A DNA stretch of 64,000 bases from Candidatus Omnitrophota bacterium (GTDB lineage Bacteria > Omnitrophota > Gorgyraeia > Aquiviventales > Aquiviventaceae), in assembly GCA_023247255.1 (NCBI GenBank), contig JAHFGV010000010.1, positions 2,830 to 66,829 of the forward strand. Reading direction: 5' to 3'. The position numbers and the translations under genes are program-made. The notes below the pieces were generated by a model. It saw only the letters and a list, made by a program, of their open reading frames with translations, searched no databases and was not told where the DNA came from. Position 1 is the stretch's first letter; every line of letters starts with the position of its first letter. Shown piece by piece: positions 27,701 through 37,819 of the stretch.

Positions 27701-30280
27701 ATGAACATCGAGCGTTTGACGATCAAAACCCAGGAAGCCCTGCAAGAGGCGCAACAAAGGGCACAGCAGAAAGGCCACCAGCGCCTGGAGCCGGAACATT
27801 TGTTGTTGGCCCTAGTCGATCAGCAAGAGGGGCTGGTTGCAGATCTATTCCATAAAGTTGGAGTGCCGCTTGGCCATCTGCACAGGGCTTGGCAGGAGGC
27901 CCTGGAGAAATTTCCATCGGTCAGTGGCGGCGGCTCTTTCTATCTGTCTGAGCGCCTGAATCGACTCCTGGTACAGGCTGAGGAACAGGCCAAGCGTCTG
28001 GCGGATGAGTATATCTCGACGGAACATCTTTTGCTTGCCAGCTTCCAGGATGATGAGATGTCGAGTTTCTATAAGAAGCTGGGATTGAATCGCGAGAGTG
28101 TTGAGGCGGCACTGAAAGCTTTGCGGGGCGCTCATCGGGTGACCGATGCCAATCCTGAAGAGAAATATCGGGCGCTGGAGCGATTCGGGCGCGATCTGAC
28201 CGAGTTAGCGCGTCAGGAGAAACTCGATCCTGTCATCGGCCGCGATCAAGAGGTCCGACGAGTCATCCAGATATTGAGTCGCCGCACCAAGAATAACCCT
28301 GTCCTTATCGGGGAGCCTGGCGTCGGCAAGACAGCCATTGCTGAAGGGCTCGCCCAGCGTATCCTGCGCGGGGATGTGCCCGAGACTTTGAAAGACCGGC
28401 GCGTGATGGCCCTCGACATGGGGGCGTTGATTGCGGGTACAAAGTTTCGCGGAGAGTTTGAGGAGCGGCTCAAGGCTGTGCTGAAAGAGATTCAGGCTTC
28501 TGGAGGGCGGATCGTTTTATTCATCGATGAGCTCCATACCGTGGTAGGGGCGGGTGCGGCACAAGGAGCAGTGGATGCCTCCAATCTTCTGAAACCAGCC
28601 CTCGCGCGCGGGGAGCTTCACTGTATCGGTGCGACGACCCTGGATGAATATCGAAGGCACATCGAGAAAGATCCCGCTCTTGAGCGCCGCTTCGCCCCCG
28701 TTCTCGTCAACGAGCCTTCTGTGGAAGAAACCATCGCGATCCTACGCGGGCTAAAAGAGCGCTACGAAGTCCATCACGGGGTACGCATTACCGACAGCGC
28801 CATCATCGCTGCGGCCAAGCTTTCGAGTCGCTACATTGCGGATCGGTTCCTGCCGGATAAAGCCATCGATTTGATAGATGAGGCAGCGGCTCGACTGCGC
28901 ATGGAAATCGATAGCATGCCTTCGGAGATCGATGCCATCCACCGACGGATTATCCAGTTGGAAGTCGAGCGCGAGGCCCTCAAGAAAGAAACCGATCCCG
29001 AGGCTCAGGCGCGACGCGCTAAACTGCAAGACGAGTTAGAGTCTTTGACGAAAGAACGCGCCAAACTCCAGCAGCACTGGCAGAAGGAGAAAGAATGCAT
29101 CAACGCCGTTGGTGAGGTGAAGGAGAAGCTCGAGCAACTGCGCTTGGAGTCTGAACGCGAGGAGCACTTGGGCAACCTCGGCCGAGTGGCCGAGCTGCGC
29201 TACGGGATGATTCCCGGATTGCAGAAACAGTTGGAGGAAAATTCTAGGCGGCTTTCCGAATTGCAGCGCCAGACCAAGATGCTCAAGGAAGAAGTTTCCG
29301 AAGAGGACATCGCCGAGGTAATTTCCCATTGGACAAATATTCCAGTGAGTCGTCTGTTAGAAGCCGAGCGCGAGAAACTCGTTCACATGGAAGAACGTCT
29401 CAAGAGCCGCGTGGTTGGTCAGGATGAAGCGGTAGCGGTTGTCTCCAACGCCATTCGACGGGCGAGGGCAAACTTGGCTGATCCCAATCGACCCTTGGGC
29501 TGTTTTTTCTTCCTCGGACCGACCGGTATGGGCAAGACGGAGCTGGCCAAGGCGCTAGCTGCATTTCTCTTCGATGATGAGAATGCCTTGATCCGCGTCG
29601 ATATGTCGGAATACATGGAACGTCATACGGTGGCGCGTCTGATCGGAGCGCCCCCGGGTTATGTGGGCTATGAGGAAGGCGGGCAGCTTACCGAAGCGGT
29701 CAGACGCAAGCCTTACTGCGTTATTCTGTTTGACGAAGTGGAAAAGGCGCACTCCGATGTGCTGGATATTCTGCTCCAGCTGCTGGACGATGGCCGGTTG
29801 ACGGATGGCCAGGGACGGGTGGTGAATTTCAAGAACACGGTCATGATTATGACCTCGAACGTAGGCAACGAGTTTTTCACGAGCCACGAGCCACGAGCCA
29901 CGAGTCACGAAAAGGATCAGATTCTGGAGTTTTTGCGCAGACAATTTCGCCCCGAGTTTCTCAACCGGATCGATGACATTGTGGTTTTCAACCGGCTGAC
30001 TCCAAAAGACCTGGGTCGTATTGTGGAAATCCAACTGAGCCGTTCGCAGCAGCGACTCACCGACCGTCAGATTCATCTGGTTCTGACGGATCGCGCCAAA
30101 TCCTTCTTGGCCGAGCAAGGCTACGATCCGGTCTATGGCGCCAGGCTCCTGCGACGTGCGGTTCAGAAATACTTGATGGATCCCCTCGCGATGCGGTTAC
30201 TCGATGGCAGCTTGAAATCCGGCCAGACCGTAACCGTGGACACTAACGGCGCCTCGGAGCTATCTTTCAAAGGATTGTGA
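27701..30280 (+). CDS. clpB: ATP-dependent chaperone ClpB
   Basis: Two AAA modules ([17 protein letters not shown]), long coiled-coil M domain, 859 aa. Confidence 0.97.
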   Translation: MNIERLTIKTQEALQEAQQRAQQKGHQRLEPEHLLLALVDQQEGLVADLFHKVGVPLGHLHRAWQEALEKFPSVSGGGSFYLSERLNRLLVQAEEQAKRLADEYISTEHLLLASFQDDEMSSFYKKLGLNRESVEAALKALRGAHRVTDANPEEKYRALERFGRDLTELARQEKLDPVIGRDQEVRRVIQILSRRTKNNPVLIGEPGVGKTAIAEGLAQRILRGDVPETLKDRRVMALDMGALIAGTKFRGEFEERLKAVLKEIQASGGRIVLFIDELHTVVGAGAAQGAVDASNLLKPALARGELHCIGATTLDEYRRHIEKDPALERRFAPVLVNEPSVEETIAILRGLKERYEVHHGVRITDSAIIAAAKLSSRYIADRFLPDKAIDLIDEAAARLRMEIDSMPSEIDAIHRRIIQLEVEREALKKETDPEAQARRAKLQDELESLTKERAKLQQHWQKEKECINAVGEVKEKLEQLRLESEREEHLGNLGRVAELRYGMIPGLQKQLEENSRRLSELQRQTKMLKEEVSEEDIAEVISHWTNIPVSRLLEAEREKLVHMEERLKSRVVGQDEAVAVVSNAIRRARANLADPNRPLGCFFFLGPTGMGKTELAKALAAFLFDDENALIRVDMSEYMERHTVARLIGAPPGYVGYEEGGQLTEAVRRKPYCVILFDEVEKAHSDVLDILLQLLDDGRLTDGQGRVVNFKNTVMIMTSNVGNEFFTSHEPRATSHEKDQILEFLRRQFRPEFLNRIDDIVVFNRLTPKDLGRIVEIQLSRSQQRLTDRQIHLVLTDRAKSFLAEQGYDPVYGARLLRRAVQKYLMDPLAMRLLDGSLKSGQTVTVDTNGASELSFKGL

Positions 30281-30374
30281 CGTTTCGTTGCCCGTGGTTC
30301 GTGGGCAGTCGCTTGTGAATCGCAAACAACTTTCCTAAACGAACCACTCACCCATCCTTGCCCGGTGACTTCAT

Positions 30375-30527
30375 CCACAAAATATGGGATTTTCTTCGAC
30401 GGTATCCACAAGTTCTTGTGGATTTTTTATTTTGGGGCTTGACAAGAAATTATCCTGTGCTAAAGTTTAGCTGGTTCTACCTACAAGCCATTGTGGATTA
30501 TCTGAGAAGCACACCAACATCTTGGGT
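30375..30527 (+). promoter_or_regulatory. nrdJ promoter with NrdR-box-like sites
   Basis: 16-mers at 30375/30406 and 30481/30512 (each pair 31 bp apart; e.g. CCACAAGTTCTTGTGG, CACCAACATCTTGGGT) flank TTGACA(30439)-N16-TAAAGT. Confidence 0.6.
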
Positions 30528-30545
30528 TTTTAAGGAGGAAGGGGC

Positions 30546-33500
30546 ATGCCGCAGGAGGTCAGGACGGTTGGCAAGAGCTCGGTAGGTTCTGGAGGGGCTG
30601 TGATCCTGAAAGACACGCTCAGGTTGGCATCAGAAAAGGGATCGGATTCTAGTCCCCAAAAAGGATTGACCGTTCCCAGACGCTGGACGCGCTCGACCGT
30701 CCATCCTTATGATGAAGTCACCTGGGAGCTTCGAGTTGCCTCCATCACGAATGAGAAAGGCGAGGTGGTGTTTGAACAATCCGATGTCGAGGTCCCCTCA
30801 TTCTGGTCTCAGCTGGCGACTAATGTCGTGGTATCCAAATACTTTCGCGGCCAATTGGGGACCGCCCAGCGGGAGCGCAGCGTCAAGCAACTCATCGGAC
30901 GGGTGTCCCAAACGATTGCCCGGTGGGGGCTCAAGGACGGATACTTCGCCGGCTCTGAAGACGCCGAGGCTTTTGAAGATGAGCTGACCTATCTTTTATT
31001 ACACCAGTATACCGCTTTCAACTCTCCCGTGTGGTTCAACGTCGGTGTGGAAAAAGACCGTTCCCCTCAATGCAGCGCGTGCTTCATCCTCTCGGTCGAG
31101 GACCATATGGAGTCTATCCTCGAATGGTACCGCAATGAGGGGATGATTTTCAAATACGGCTCCGGGGCCGGGCTCAACGTTTCTCCCATTCGCTCGTCTC
31201 GTGAGCGCCTCGGGGGTGGGGGCATACCCTCAGGCCCTGTCTCTTTCATGCGGGCAGCCGATGCCTCAGCCGGGGTGATCAAATCCGGTGGAAAAACCAG
31301 GCGCGCGGCAAAGATGGTAGTCCTCAACGCCGATCATCCGGACATCCAGACATTCATTCTCTGCAAATGGAAGGAAGAGGAAAAGGCGCACAAGCTGATC
31401 GATCTGGGCTATGACGCTTCCATCGATGGGGAGGCCTATACCTCGGTGTTCTTCCAGAATGCCAACAATTCGGTGCGCGTCACGGATGAGCTTATGCGTC
31501 GGGCGCTGGCCGATGAGGACTGGGAGCTTAAGGCGGTGACGAGTGGCGAGATCATCGAGCGCGTGAAGGCGAAAGATCTTTTACGGCTCATTGCTGAGGC
31601 GACCTGGCACTGCGGCGATCCGGGCATGCAGTTTGACACGACCATCAACGACTGGCACACCTGCCCGAACACCGGCCGGATCAATGCCAGTAATCCGTGT
31701 TTTGCAGGGGATGCCCTTGTCTATACAAACAAGGGCTTAATTCCATTCAAAGAGCTGCATGAACGTGTCCAATTAGACGAAACCTTCCAGGTCTTCACGC
31801 ACGATGCCACTCACCCCGAGCGGCCAGCTACGACCATCAGCGCCACAAAGCCCATTCGTGTGATGTGCACGGGGACCAACGACGTCTACCAGCTTCGGTT
31901 TTCAAACGGAGTCGAAGTCAAGGCGACCACCAATCACCGCTTCTTCACGAAGAACCGCGGGATGGTCGCGGCAGAAGAGTTGCAGCCAGCAGACGAGGTG
32001 ATGTTGCTCGATCAATCCGTCGAACTCCTGTCCGCCTCGCTGGAGATTGATCTTGACGATGCGGCAATCTTCGCCAGCGGCTGGGGGGGTCGCGACACCA
32101 AAGACTACCAGTCTGTTCAACTGCCTCGGGTATGGGTGACGCCACTTGCGGAGTACCTGGGCTATCTTGTGGGTGATGGCAATGTAAGCGAGGCCAGCGA
32201 TGCGGAACATCGCCTGAGCAGCGTGTCAGTCGTGTTCGGGAAAGCTGCGGAAGCAGACGAGTTGCTGCCGCGTTTTGAGTCGCTGTTCGCTGACATGAGC
32301 GTCACGCACACGCAGACGGTCACAATGCCCAACGGTACCGTCCAATTTCGAGTCAATCGCACGCCGGTGGCGCGGTTCTTGAAACAACTGGGTGTGCAGG
32401 AGTGTGAGGCTCATGAAAAACGGGTTCCACACACAATCTTTCAGACTCCCGCGCACATCATCGCCGCGTTTCTGCGCGGACTCTTTACTGCGGATGGATG
32501 CGTGTATGAGGGTAAGACCAGTCGCTATGTCGGGCTCGCCAGTTCATCACAAGAGCTCCTTCGCCAGGTCCAACAACTCCTATTCACTTTCGGTATCCAG
32601 AGCCGAATCTACGCCACACGAGGCAGGCACGAATGCTTTCCTTATCAGAGAAAAGACGGCGAACGAGTCCTCTCTACCGGCCGCCAGTTGTATGATTTAA
32701 GGATCGCCGGTACCGCGATCGCTCGGTTCAAGGAACACGTCGGATTTCTGACGACTGAAAAACAGGCAAGACTCAATCGAGTCATCGGAGGGTACCCCTT
32801 TCGAGAGCCAAGAGATAGTACTCGCTTGGTGGCTAGGGAGCTTCTTGGCGAAGAATTGACTTATAACCTCACCGAGCCCAAGAATCACAGCTATGTTGTG
32901 AATGGGTGTATCGTTGCTAACTGTAGTGAATACATGCACTTAGATAACTCGGCGTGTAACCTCGCAAGCATCAACCTGCTGAAATTCATCGATGACGAAG
33001 GGAATTTCCTGATCGAGCCGTTCAAGCACGCCGTGCGCGTCATGACCATCGCCCAGGACATCATCGTTGATAATTCCTCGTATCCGACGGAGAAAATCAC
33101 GCGCAATGCCAAGGACTACCGGGAACTCGGCTTGGGCTACGCAAACCTGGGCGCTTTGTTGATGGCTCAAGGGCTTGCGTATGATTCTGAGGAAGGGCGT
33201 GCCTGGGCCGGGGCGATTACAGCGCTTTTGTGCGGCCATGCCTATGAGGTTTCCGGAGAGATCGCCCAGCGACTGGGGCCCTATGCCGGTTTTTCGAAAA
33301 ACCGCGAACCGCAACTGCACGTCCTACGCAAACATCGCGCTCAAGTGGATAAGATCAACCCACGCCTGGTTCCCCAGCCGCTCTTGCAGGCTGCCACGCG
33401 CGTCTGGGATGAGACGATCCGCCTGGGTGAGCAGAATGGCGTGCGCAACTCTCAGGTCACGGTACTCGCTCCTACCGGGACGATCGCGTTTCTTATGGAT

Positions 33501-34601
33501 TGTGACACGACCGGGGTTGAACCCGACATCGCTCTCGTTAAATATAAACGGCTCGTCGGTGGGGGGATGCTCAAGATCGTCAACCAAACCGTTCCACGGG
33601 CGCTTAAAAAACTGGGATACGCGCCGCAGGAAGTGGAGGCCATTGTCCGTCACATCGATGAGAAAGAAACGATTGAAGGGGCTGCGGGTCTTAAGCCGGA
33701 GCATCTGAGGAATTTTGACTGCGCTTTTCGTCCGGTGAACGGGACGCGGTCCATCCATTACATGGGGCACATTCGAATGATGGCTGCTGCCCAGCCTTTC
33801 ATCAGCGGGGCGATCTCCAAAACCGTCAACCTCCCCCAAGAAGCAACGGTTGAGGATATCTGCCAGGCCTACATCGAAGCCTGGCGTTTGGGCCTTAAGG
33901 CGATCGCTATTTACCGCGACGGCTCCAAACGCGTGCAGCCGCTCTCAACCGCTAAGACCGACAAATCGAAAGCGGCCGATTCGGCTAAAACCCCCACAGG
34001 GGTTCCTTATCGTCGCAGACTTTCCGATGAGAGACAGTCGATCACCCACAAGTTTTCCATCGGGGGTCATGAAGGTTACTTGACGGTGGGTCTGTTCGAA
34101 GACGGTACACCTGGGGAAATCTTCATCGTCATGTCGAAGGAAGGATCCACCCTTTCCGGCGTGATGGACTGTCTTGCCACGACGGTTTCATTGGCTCTTC
34201 AATATGGCGTGCCGCTTCAAGTTTTAGTCACCAAATTCAGCCATGTTCGTTTTGAGCCCTCAGGGGTGACGAATAACAGAGACATTCGATTTGCCAAATC
34301 GGTCATCGACTATATCTTCCGGTGGATGGCGCTGAAGTTTCTTCCGGAGGAACAGGCGCAACCATTCAAGGTGAGTCACGTTCCTGGTTCACAGCCTGGG
34401 AGTGGCTCTGCATCCGCTCAATCCGCACAGGCAGCTTCGCCCGCAGGAAGCAACTATCCCAACCCGATGGAGCATCAAGAACGCCTGACCTTCGTCGCTC
34501 AAGCGGACGCCCCCGTTTGTTCTGACTGCGGCTCGCTGATGGTCAGAAACGGCAACTGCTACAAGTGCCTGAATTGCGGGAGTACATCGGGATGTTCGTG
34601 A
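30546..34601 (+). CDS. nrdJ: Class II (B12-dependent) ribonucleotide reductase with intein, C-terminal TSCPD-like and Zn-ribbon domains
   Basis: FNSPVWFN, QCSACFI, KSGGKTRRAAKM, NP/CSEY, APTGTI, AISKTVN, CSDC..CLNC. Confidence 0.95.
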   Translation: MPQEVRTVGKSSVGSGGAVILKDTLRLASEKGSDSSPQKGLTVPRRWTRSTVHPYDEVTWELRVASITNEKGEVVFEQSDVEVPSFWSQLATNVVVSKYFRGQLGTAQRERSVKQLIGRVSQTIARWGLKDGYFAGSEDAEAFEDELTYLLLHQYTAFNSPVWFNVGVEKDRSPQCSACFILSVEDHMESILEWYRNEGMIFKYGSGAGLNVSPIRSSRERLGGGGIPSGPVSFMRAADASAGVIKSGGKTRRAAKMVVLNADHPDIQTFILCKWKEEEKAHKLIDLGYDASIDGEAYTSVFFQNANNSVRVTDELMRRALADEDWELKAVTSGEIIERVKAKDLLRLIAEATWHCGDPGMQFDTTINDWHTCPNTGRINASNPCFAGDALVYTNKGLIPFKELHERVQLDETFQVFTHDATHPERPATTISATKPIRVMCTGTNDVYQLRFSNGVEVKATTNHRFFTKNRGMVAAEELQPADEVMLLDQSVELLSASLEIDLDDAAIFASGWGGRDTKDYQSVQLPRVWVTPLAEYLGYLVGDGNVSEASDAEHRLSSVSVVFGKAAEADELLPRFESLFADMSVTHTQTVTMPNGTVQFRVNRTPVARFLKQLGVQECEAHEKRVPHTIFQTPAHIIAAFLRGLFTADGCVYEGKTSRYVGLASSSQELLRQVQQLLFTFGIQSRIYATRGRHECFPYQRKDGERVLSTGRQLYDLRIAGTAIARFKEHVGFLTTEKQARLNRVIGGYPFREPRDSTRLVARELLGEELTYNLTEPKNHSYVVNGCIVANCSEYMHLDNSACNLASINLLKFIDDEGNFLIEPFKHAVRVMTIAQDIIVDNSSYPTEKITRNAKDYRELGLGYANLGALLMAQGLAYDSEEGRAWAGAITALLCGHAYEVSGEIAQRLGPYAGFSKNREPQLHVLRKHRAQVDKINPRLVPQPLLQAATRVWDETIRLGEQNGVRNSQVTVLAPTGTIAFLMDCDTTGVEPDIALVKYKRLVGGGMLKIVNQTVPRALKKLGYAPQEVEAIVRHIDEKETIEGAAGLKPEHLRNFDCAFRPVNGTRSIHYMGHIRMMAAAQPFISGAISKTVNLPQEATVEDICQAYIEAWRLGLKAIAIYRDGSKRVQPLSTAKTDKSKAADSAKTPTGVPYRRRLSDERQSITHKFSIGGHEGYLTVGLFEDGTPGEIFIVMSKEGSTLSGVMDCLATTVSLALQYGVPLQVLVTKFSHVRFEPSGVTNNRDIRFAKSVIDYIFRWMALKFLPEEQAQPFKVSHVPGSQPGSGSASAQSAQAASPAGSNYPNPMEHQERLTFVAQADAPVCSDCGSLMVRNGNCYKCLNCGSTSGCS
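31698..32921 (+). mobile_element. 408-aa intein with LAGLIDADG homing endonuclease
   Basis: Starts CFAGD after SNP, ends HSYVVNGCIVAN before CSEY; LGYLVGDG and FLRGLFTADG motifs. Confidence 0.93.
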
Positions 34602-34603
34602 GC

Positions 34604-34644
34604 AGTGAATTCTCCGCACCCCTCTGGGGTGCGGAGAATTCACT
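34604..34644 (+). terminator. 19-bp stem-loop after nrdJ (terminator-like, no U tract)
   Basis: AGTGAATTCTCCGCACCCC-TCT-GGGGTGCGGAGAATTCACT. Confidence 0.65.
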
Positions 34645-34673
34645 TGCGCGCTCTGTCGGTGTGATGAGTAAAA

Positions 34674-35453
34674 ATGAAGCTCGACCTCGTGGAAAGTCTC
34701 GGCTCGCGCTACGACAGCCCACAGCAGATTGCACGAGTTGTGACCGAAGACTGGGCAGCTCGGAATCTCTACTGCGTGGCTTGCCCCTGCGACTTTCTCA
34801 CTCGATTACTAGCAAACACGCGGGCAGTTGATCTATTTTGCCCCCAATGTAAGCAGGTATTTCAATTGAAGAGCAGTCGAAACTGGAACCAGACTAAGAT
34901 AGTCGATGCTGCCTACGCGTCCATGATATCTGCTGTGCGAAGTAGTAACGTTCCTAATCTAGTGGTCATGCAGTATACGAACTTTTGGAAAGTCAGGAAT
35001 GCCCTTCTTGTTTCTTCGTTCTTTTTCACAGAAACCGTTATCGAGAAGCGCAAACCGCTCAGCTCAGTTGCCCAACGAGCAGGGTGGGTTGGTTGCAACA
35101 TCTTGCTTAAACAGATACCGGCTGATGGGAAATTGCGGCTCATCGCGGATGGAGTGGTTACCCCGACCCATCGGATTCGAAGCCAATTTAATCAGATCCG
35201 TCCTCTTTCAAGCTTGGCAGTAGGTCTCAGAGGGTGGACGCTCGATGTGCTTAATACTATCCGGCAGATTCAGAAGACAGAGTTTGCGCTTTCGGAAGTC
35301 TACTCCTTTGAAACGCAACTCGCCGCGGCCCATCCTGGTAACCGCAATGTCCGTGAGAAGATTCGTCAGCAACTCCAACGGTTACGCGATCTTGGGTTCT
35401 TGCAATTTGTCTCACCAGGACGTTACCGTGCGTCAATGAACGCGGATGGGTAG
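34674..35453 (+). CDS. DpnI/Dam-replacing family methyl-directed endonuclease
   Basis: QQIARVVTEDW, CxxC pairs, RAGWVGCNI, C-terminal HPGNRNVREKIRQQLQRLRDLG winged helix. Confidence 0.9.
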   Translation: MKLDLVESLGSRYDSPQQIARVVTEDWAARNLYCVACPCDFLTRLLANTRAVDLFCPQCKQVFQLKSSRNWNQTKIVDAAYASMISAVRSSNVPNLVVMQYTNFWKVRNALLVSSFFFTETVIEKRKPLSSVAQRAGWVGCNILLKQIPADGKLRLIADGVVTPTHRIRSQFNQIRPLSSLAVGLRGWTLDVLNTIRQIQKTEFALSEVYSFETQLAAAHPGNRNVREKIRQQLQRLRDLGFLQFVSPGRYRASMNADG

Positions 35454-35457
35454 GATA

Positions 35458-35697
35458 ATGTGCAAAACGAAAGTGGTTATCAGTGCGTCGGGAGGGGTCG
35501 TTAATGCAGTTTGTTCGGACAATCCAGACCTTGAAGTCTACCTGGTGGACTTCGATGATCTGGAGGAGGAGCCAAAGGCGGATCGCAGCGCGTGGCCATA
35601 CCCCGTTGATTCTCTGGACGATTTTCGCTTGGCGGTCAAAGAGGATGTCCATCGCTATCCTGGGCTGAAAAAAGTTCTCGCGCGGCTCGATAAATAG
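35458..35697 (+). CDS. Small hypothetical protein
   Basis: AGGA RBS; globular-looking 79-aa ORF. Confidence 0.6.
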   Translation: MCKTKVVISASGGVVNAVCSDNPDLEVYLVDFDDLEEEPKADRSAWPYPVDSLDDFRLAVKEDVHRYPGLKKVLARLDK

Positions 35698-35783
35698 TGC
35701 GCCTGATGAACCAACGAGCCAAATTTCGAGTCTCCTATCTCATGTCTGTTCTGAATTCTGAAGCCTGAACAAGGAGGTGCGCG

Positions 35784-36026
35784 ATGGGTTGGATGCTCAA
35801 TCCGGAGCTATCGAAGAAGTGCAGGGAATTCCTTATCACCCGTTGGGGAAAGGATGTGCTGAGTATCGTCAAGGAGCGTCCAGTGACTTGGACGCGCTAT
35901 TCAGCCAATCCGCAGTTACGGCTGCTGCGTCGCAAGCAAAAGGGCATTCCCCTGATCAGCGTCCGTAGCAGCCCCAACCGCATTCAGTTGGTTTTGTCTA
36001 CCGAACGCATCCAAAGCCAGCAATGA
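35784..36026 (+). CDS. Small basic hypothetical protein
   Basis: AAGGAGGT RBS; stop overlaps dcd start (ATGA). Confidence 0.65.
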   Translation: MGWMLNPELSKKCREFLITRWGKDVLSIVKERPVTWTRYSANPQLRLLRRKQKGIPLISVRSSPNRIQLVLSTERIQSQQ

Positions 36027-36634
36027 TTGAAACGCAAGGACGCACGGACCCTGAGCTTGTGCAAACGGCCAAATCATCGGGTCGGATCCTCGTCGATTGG
36101 GAAATCCGGGAGTATGTCAAGAAATACCGGATGCTGGATCCCTTTGAAGAGAGTCTGGTTCGCGAGGGGGTGATTTCCTACGGCCTTTCTTCAATGGGCT
36201 ATGACATCCGCGTGACGGATGAGTTTAAGGTCTTTACTAACGTCAAGCAGGCGGTTGTTGATCCCAAGCAATTCAACCGGGACTCTTTTGTCGACATGAA
36301 AGGCCCGACTTGCGTCATCCCTCCGAATTCCTTTGCCCTGGCCCGTTCCATCGAGTACTTCCGCATGCCGCGAGCCGTAATGGGCATTTGTCTGGGCAAG
36401 TCGAGCTATGCCCGGTGTGGCATTGTGGTAAACATCACACCCCTTGAGCCGGAATGGGATGGCCACCTGACGATAGAAATCTCAAACACGACGCCTCTGC
36501 CGGCGCGGATTTACTCGCACGAGGGCATCGCCCAGGTGTTGTTCTTTGAGGCGGGTTCATTGCCAGAAGTCTCCTACGCGGATCGCAGAGGCAAGTACCA
36601 GGGTCAGCAGGGAATCACCCTTCCCAAAGTATGA
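36023..36634 (+). CDS. dcd: dCTP deaminase
   Basis: [37 protein letters not shown]. Confidence 0.95.
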   Translation: MIETQGRTDPELVQTAKSSGRILVDWEIREYVKKYRMLDPFEESLVREGVISYGLSSMGYDIRVTDEFKVFTNVKQAVVDPKQFNRDSFVDMKGPTCVIPPNSFALARSIEYFRMPRAVMGICLGKSSYARCGIVVNITPLEPEWDGHLTIEISNTTPLPARIYSHEGIAQVLFFEAGSLPEVSYADRRGKYQGQQGITLPKV

Positions 36635-36720
36635 GTAAGACCAGTGGAATTTTCGATTGTCGATTTTTGATTGTCGATGGGGATGGTGGATTTATCTAAT
36701 CGGCAATCGACCCACCATGC

Positions 36721-37575
36721 GTGCGGATTCTTATGTTTGAGGTAGAGGCTACCGATTTTTCCCTCCAGGCAAGTCTCACATCCGGTCAGAGTTTTCGATG
36801 GCAGGCGCATGCGGATTTTTGGTGCGGGGTCATTGGAAAGGCTGTGGTGAAAGTGCGTCAGCAAGAAGGGACATTGTCGTGTGAAACGTCGGATCCGGCC
36901 ATGGGCCCTTTAGAGGTGCGTCGTTATTTTGCTTTGGATCTCGATCTGGGTGCGATCCTTGAGTCGATCGACGTGGATATTCAGATTCACCAGGCCATTC
37001 TCAGCCATCGGGGACTGCGGGTGATGCGGCAAGACCCTTGGGAGACGTTGGCATCGTTCATCTGCGCTTCCTTTAACAACATTAAGCGCATTGAAGGGAT
37101 GATCGGACGGTTGTGTCAGTCCTATGGAGAGGCATTATCCTTCAATGGATTTTCAAGTTTTAGCTTTCCCCATCCCGAAAGGCTGGCCGGGATTTCTGAA
37201 CGAAGGTTGCGCGATCTGGGGCTTGGGTATCGCGCTTGCTATCTGAGGCATACCGCAAAACGAGTGGCGGATAGGAAACTGCCACTGGATCAATTGCAAC
37301 GGGTGGATTACGAGACGGTTCGATCGGCGCTGCTCGGTTGCGAGGGGGTAGGCGATAAGGTGGCCGATTGTGTGGCTTTGTTTGGATTTGAGAAGTACGA
37401 AGCTTTTCCGATCGACGTCTGGATGGAGCGGGCGATGCGTTATTATTTTAGGCATCGCAAAATAGGCTCGCGACAGTTGCATGCCTATGCGCGGCGTCAT
37501 TTTGGTTCCTTCGCCGGATATGCCCAGCAGTATCTGTACCATGACGTGAGAATGCGTCGGGGGCGCGATGCTTGA
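36721..37575 (+). CDS. 8-oxoguanine DNA glycosylase (OGG/HhH-GPD)
   Basis: SGQSFRW, QDPWETLASFI, GLGYRA, GVGDKVADC, FPIDVW, AGYAQQYLY. Confidence 0.9.
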   Translation: MRILMFEVEATDFSLQASLTSGQSFRWQAHADFWCGVIGKAVVKVRQQEGTLSCETSDPAMGPLEVRRYFALDLDLGAILESIDVDIQIHQAILSHRGLRVMRQDPWETLASFICASFNNIKRIEGMIGRLCQSYGEALSFNGFSSFSFPHPERLAGISERRLRDLGLGYRACYLRHTAKRVADRKLPLDQLQRVDYETVRSALLGCEGVGDKVADCVALFGFEKYEAFPIDVWMERAMRYYFRHRKIGSRQLHAYARRHFGSFAGYAQQYLYHDVRMRRGRDA

Positions 37576-37661
37576 TACGGCAGAAAACCGGCTGATTAAA
37601 ATTTTTCTTTGTTGTTGCTTGACAGCTAAGAATAGGTATGGTAGGAAATAGAGTAACATGA

Positions 37662-37805
37662 ATATTCCTGTGATGTGGATGCAGTCCTCAGCCGCTGGCG
37701 CGATCTGTGGGGGATCGCGTTATGGGACTGAGGGCTGACGCGTCACCGTTGAGACAACTCAGGGGAATTCCAGAAGGGACTCCGACAGGGCGTCCCTATT
37801 TTTTT
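37662..37805 (+). ncRNA. Candidate structured leader RNA with terminator (family not recognised)
   Basis: TTGACA at 37620; long imperfect hairpin (CAGTCCTCAG/CTGAGGGCTG, CGCGATC/GATCGCG); AGGGAC..GTCCCT plus T7 just before the RBS. Confidence 0.5.
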
Positions 37806-37819
37806 ATTCGAGGATAACC

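Noticed and set aside
30375-30500. oriC-like DnaA-box cluster (TATCCACA/TGTGGAT)
   Set aside because: Better explained as 31-bp-spaced NrdR-like palindromes upstream of an RNR gene; no dnaA/dnaN context
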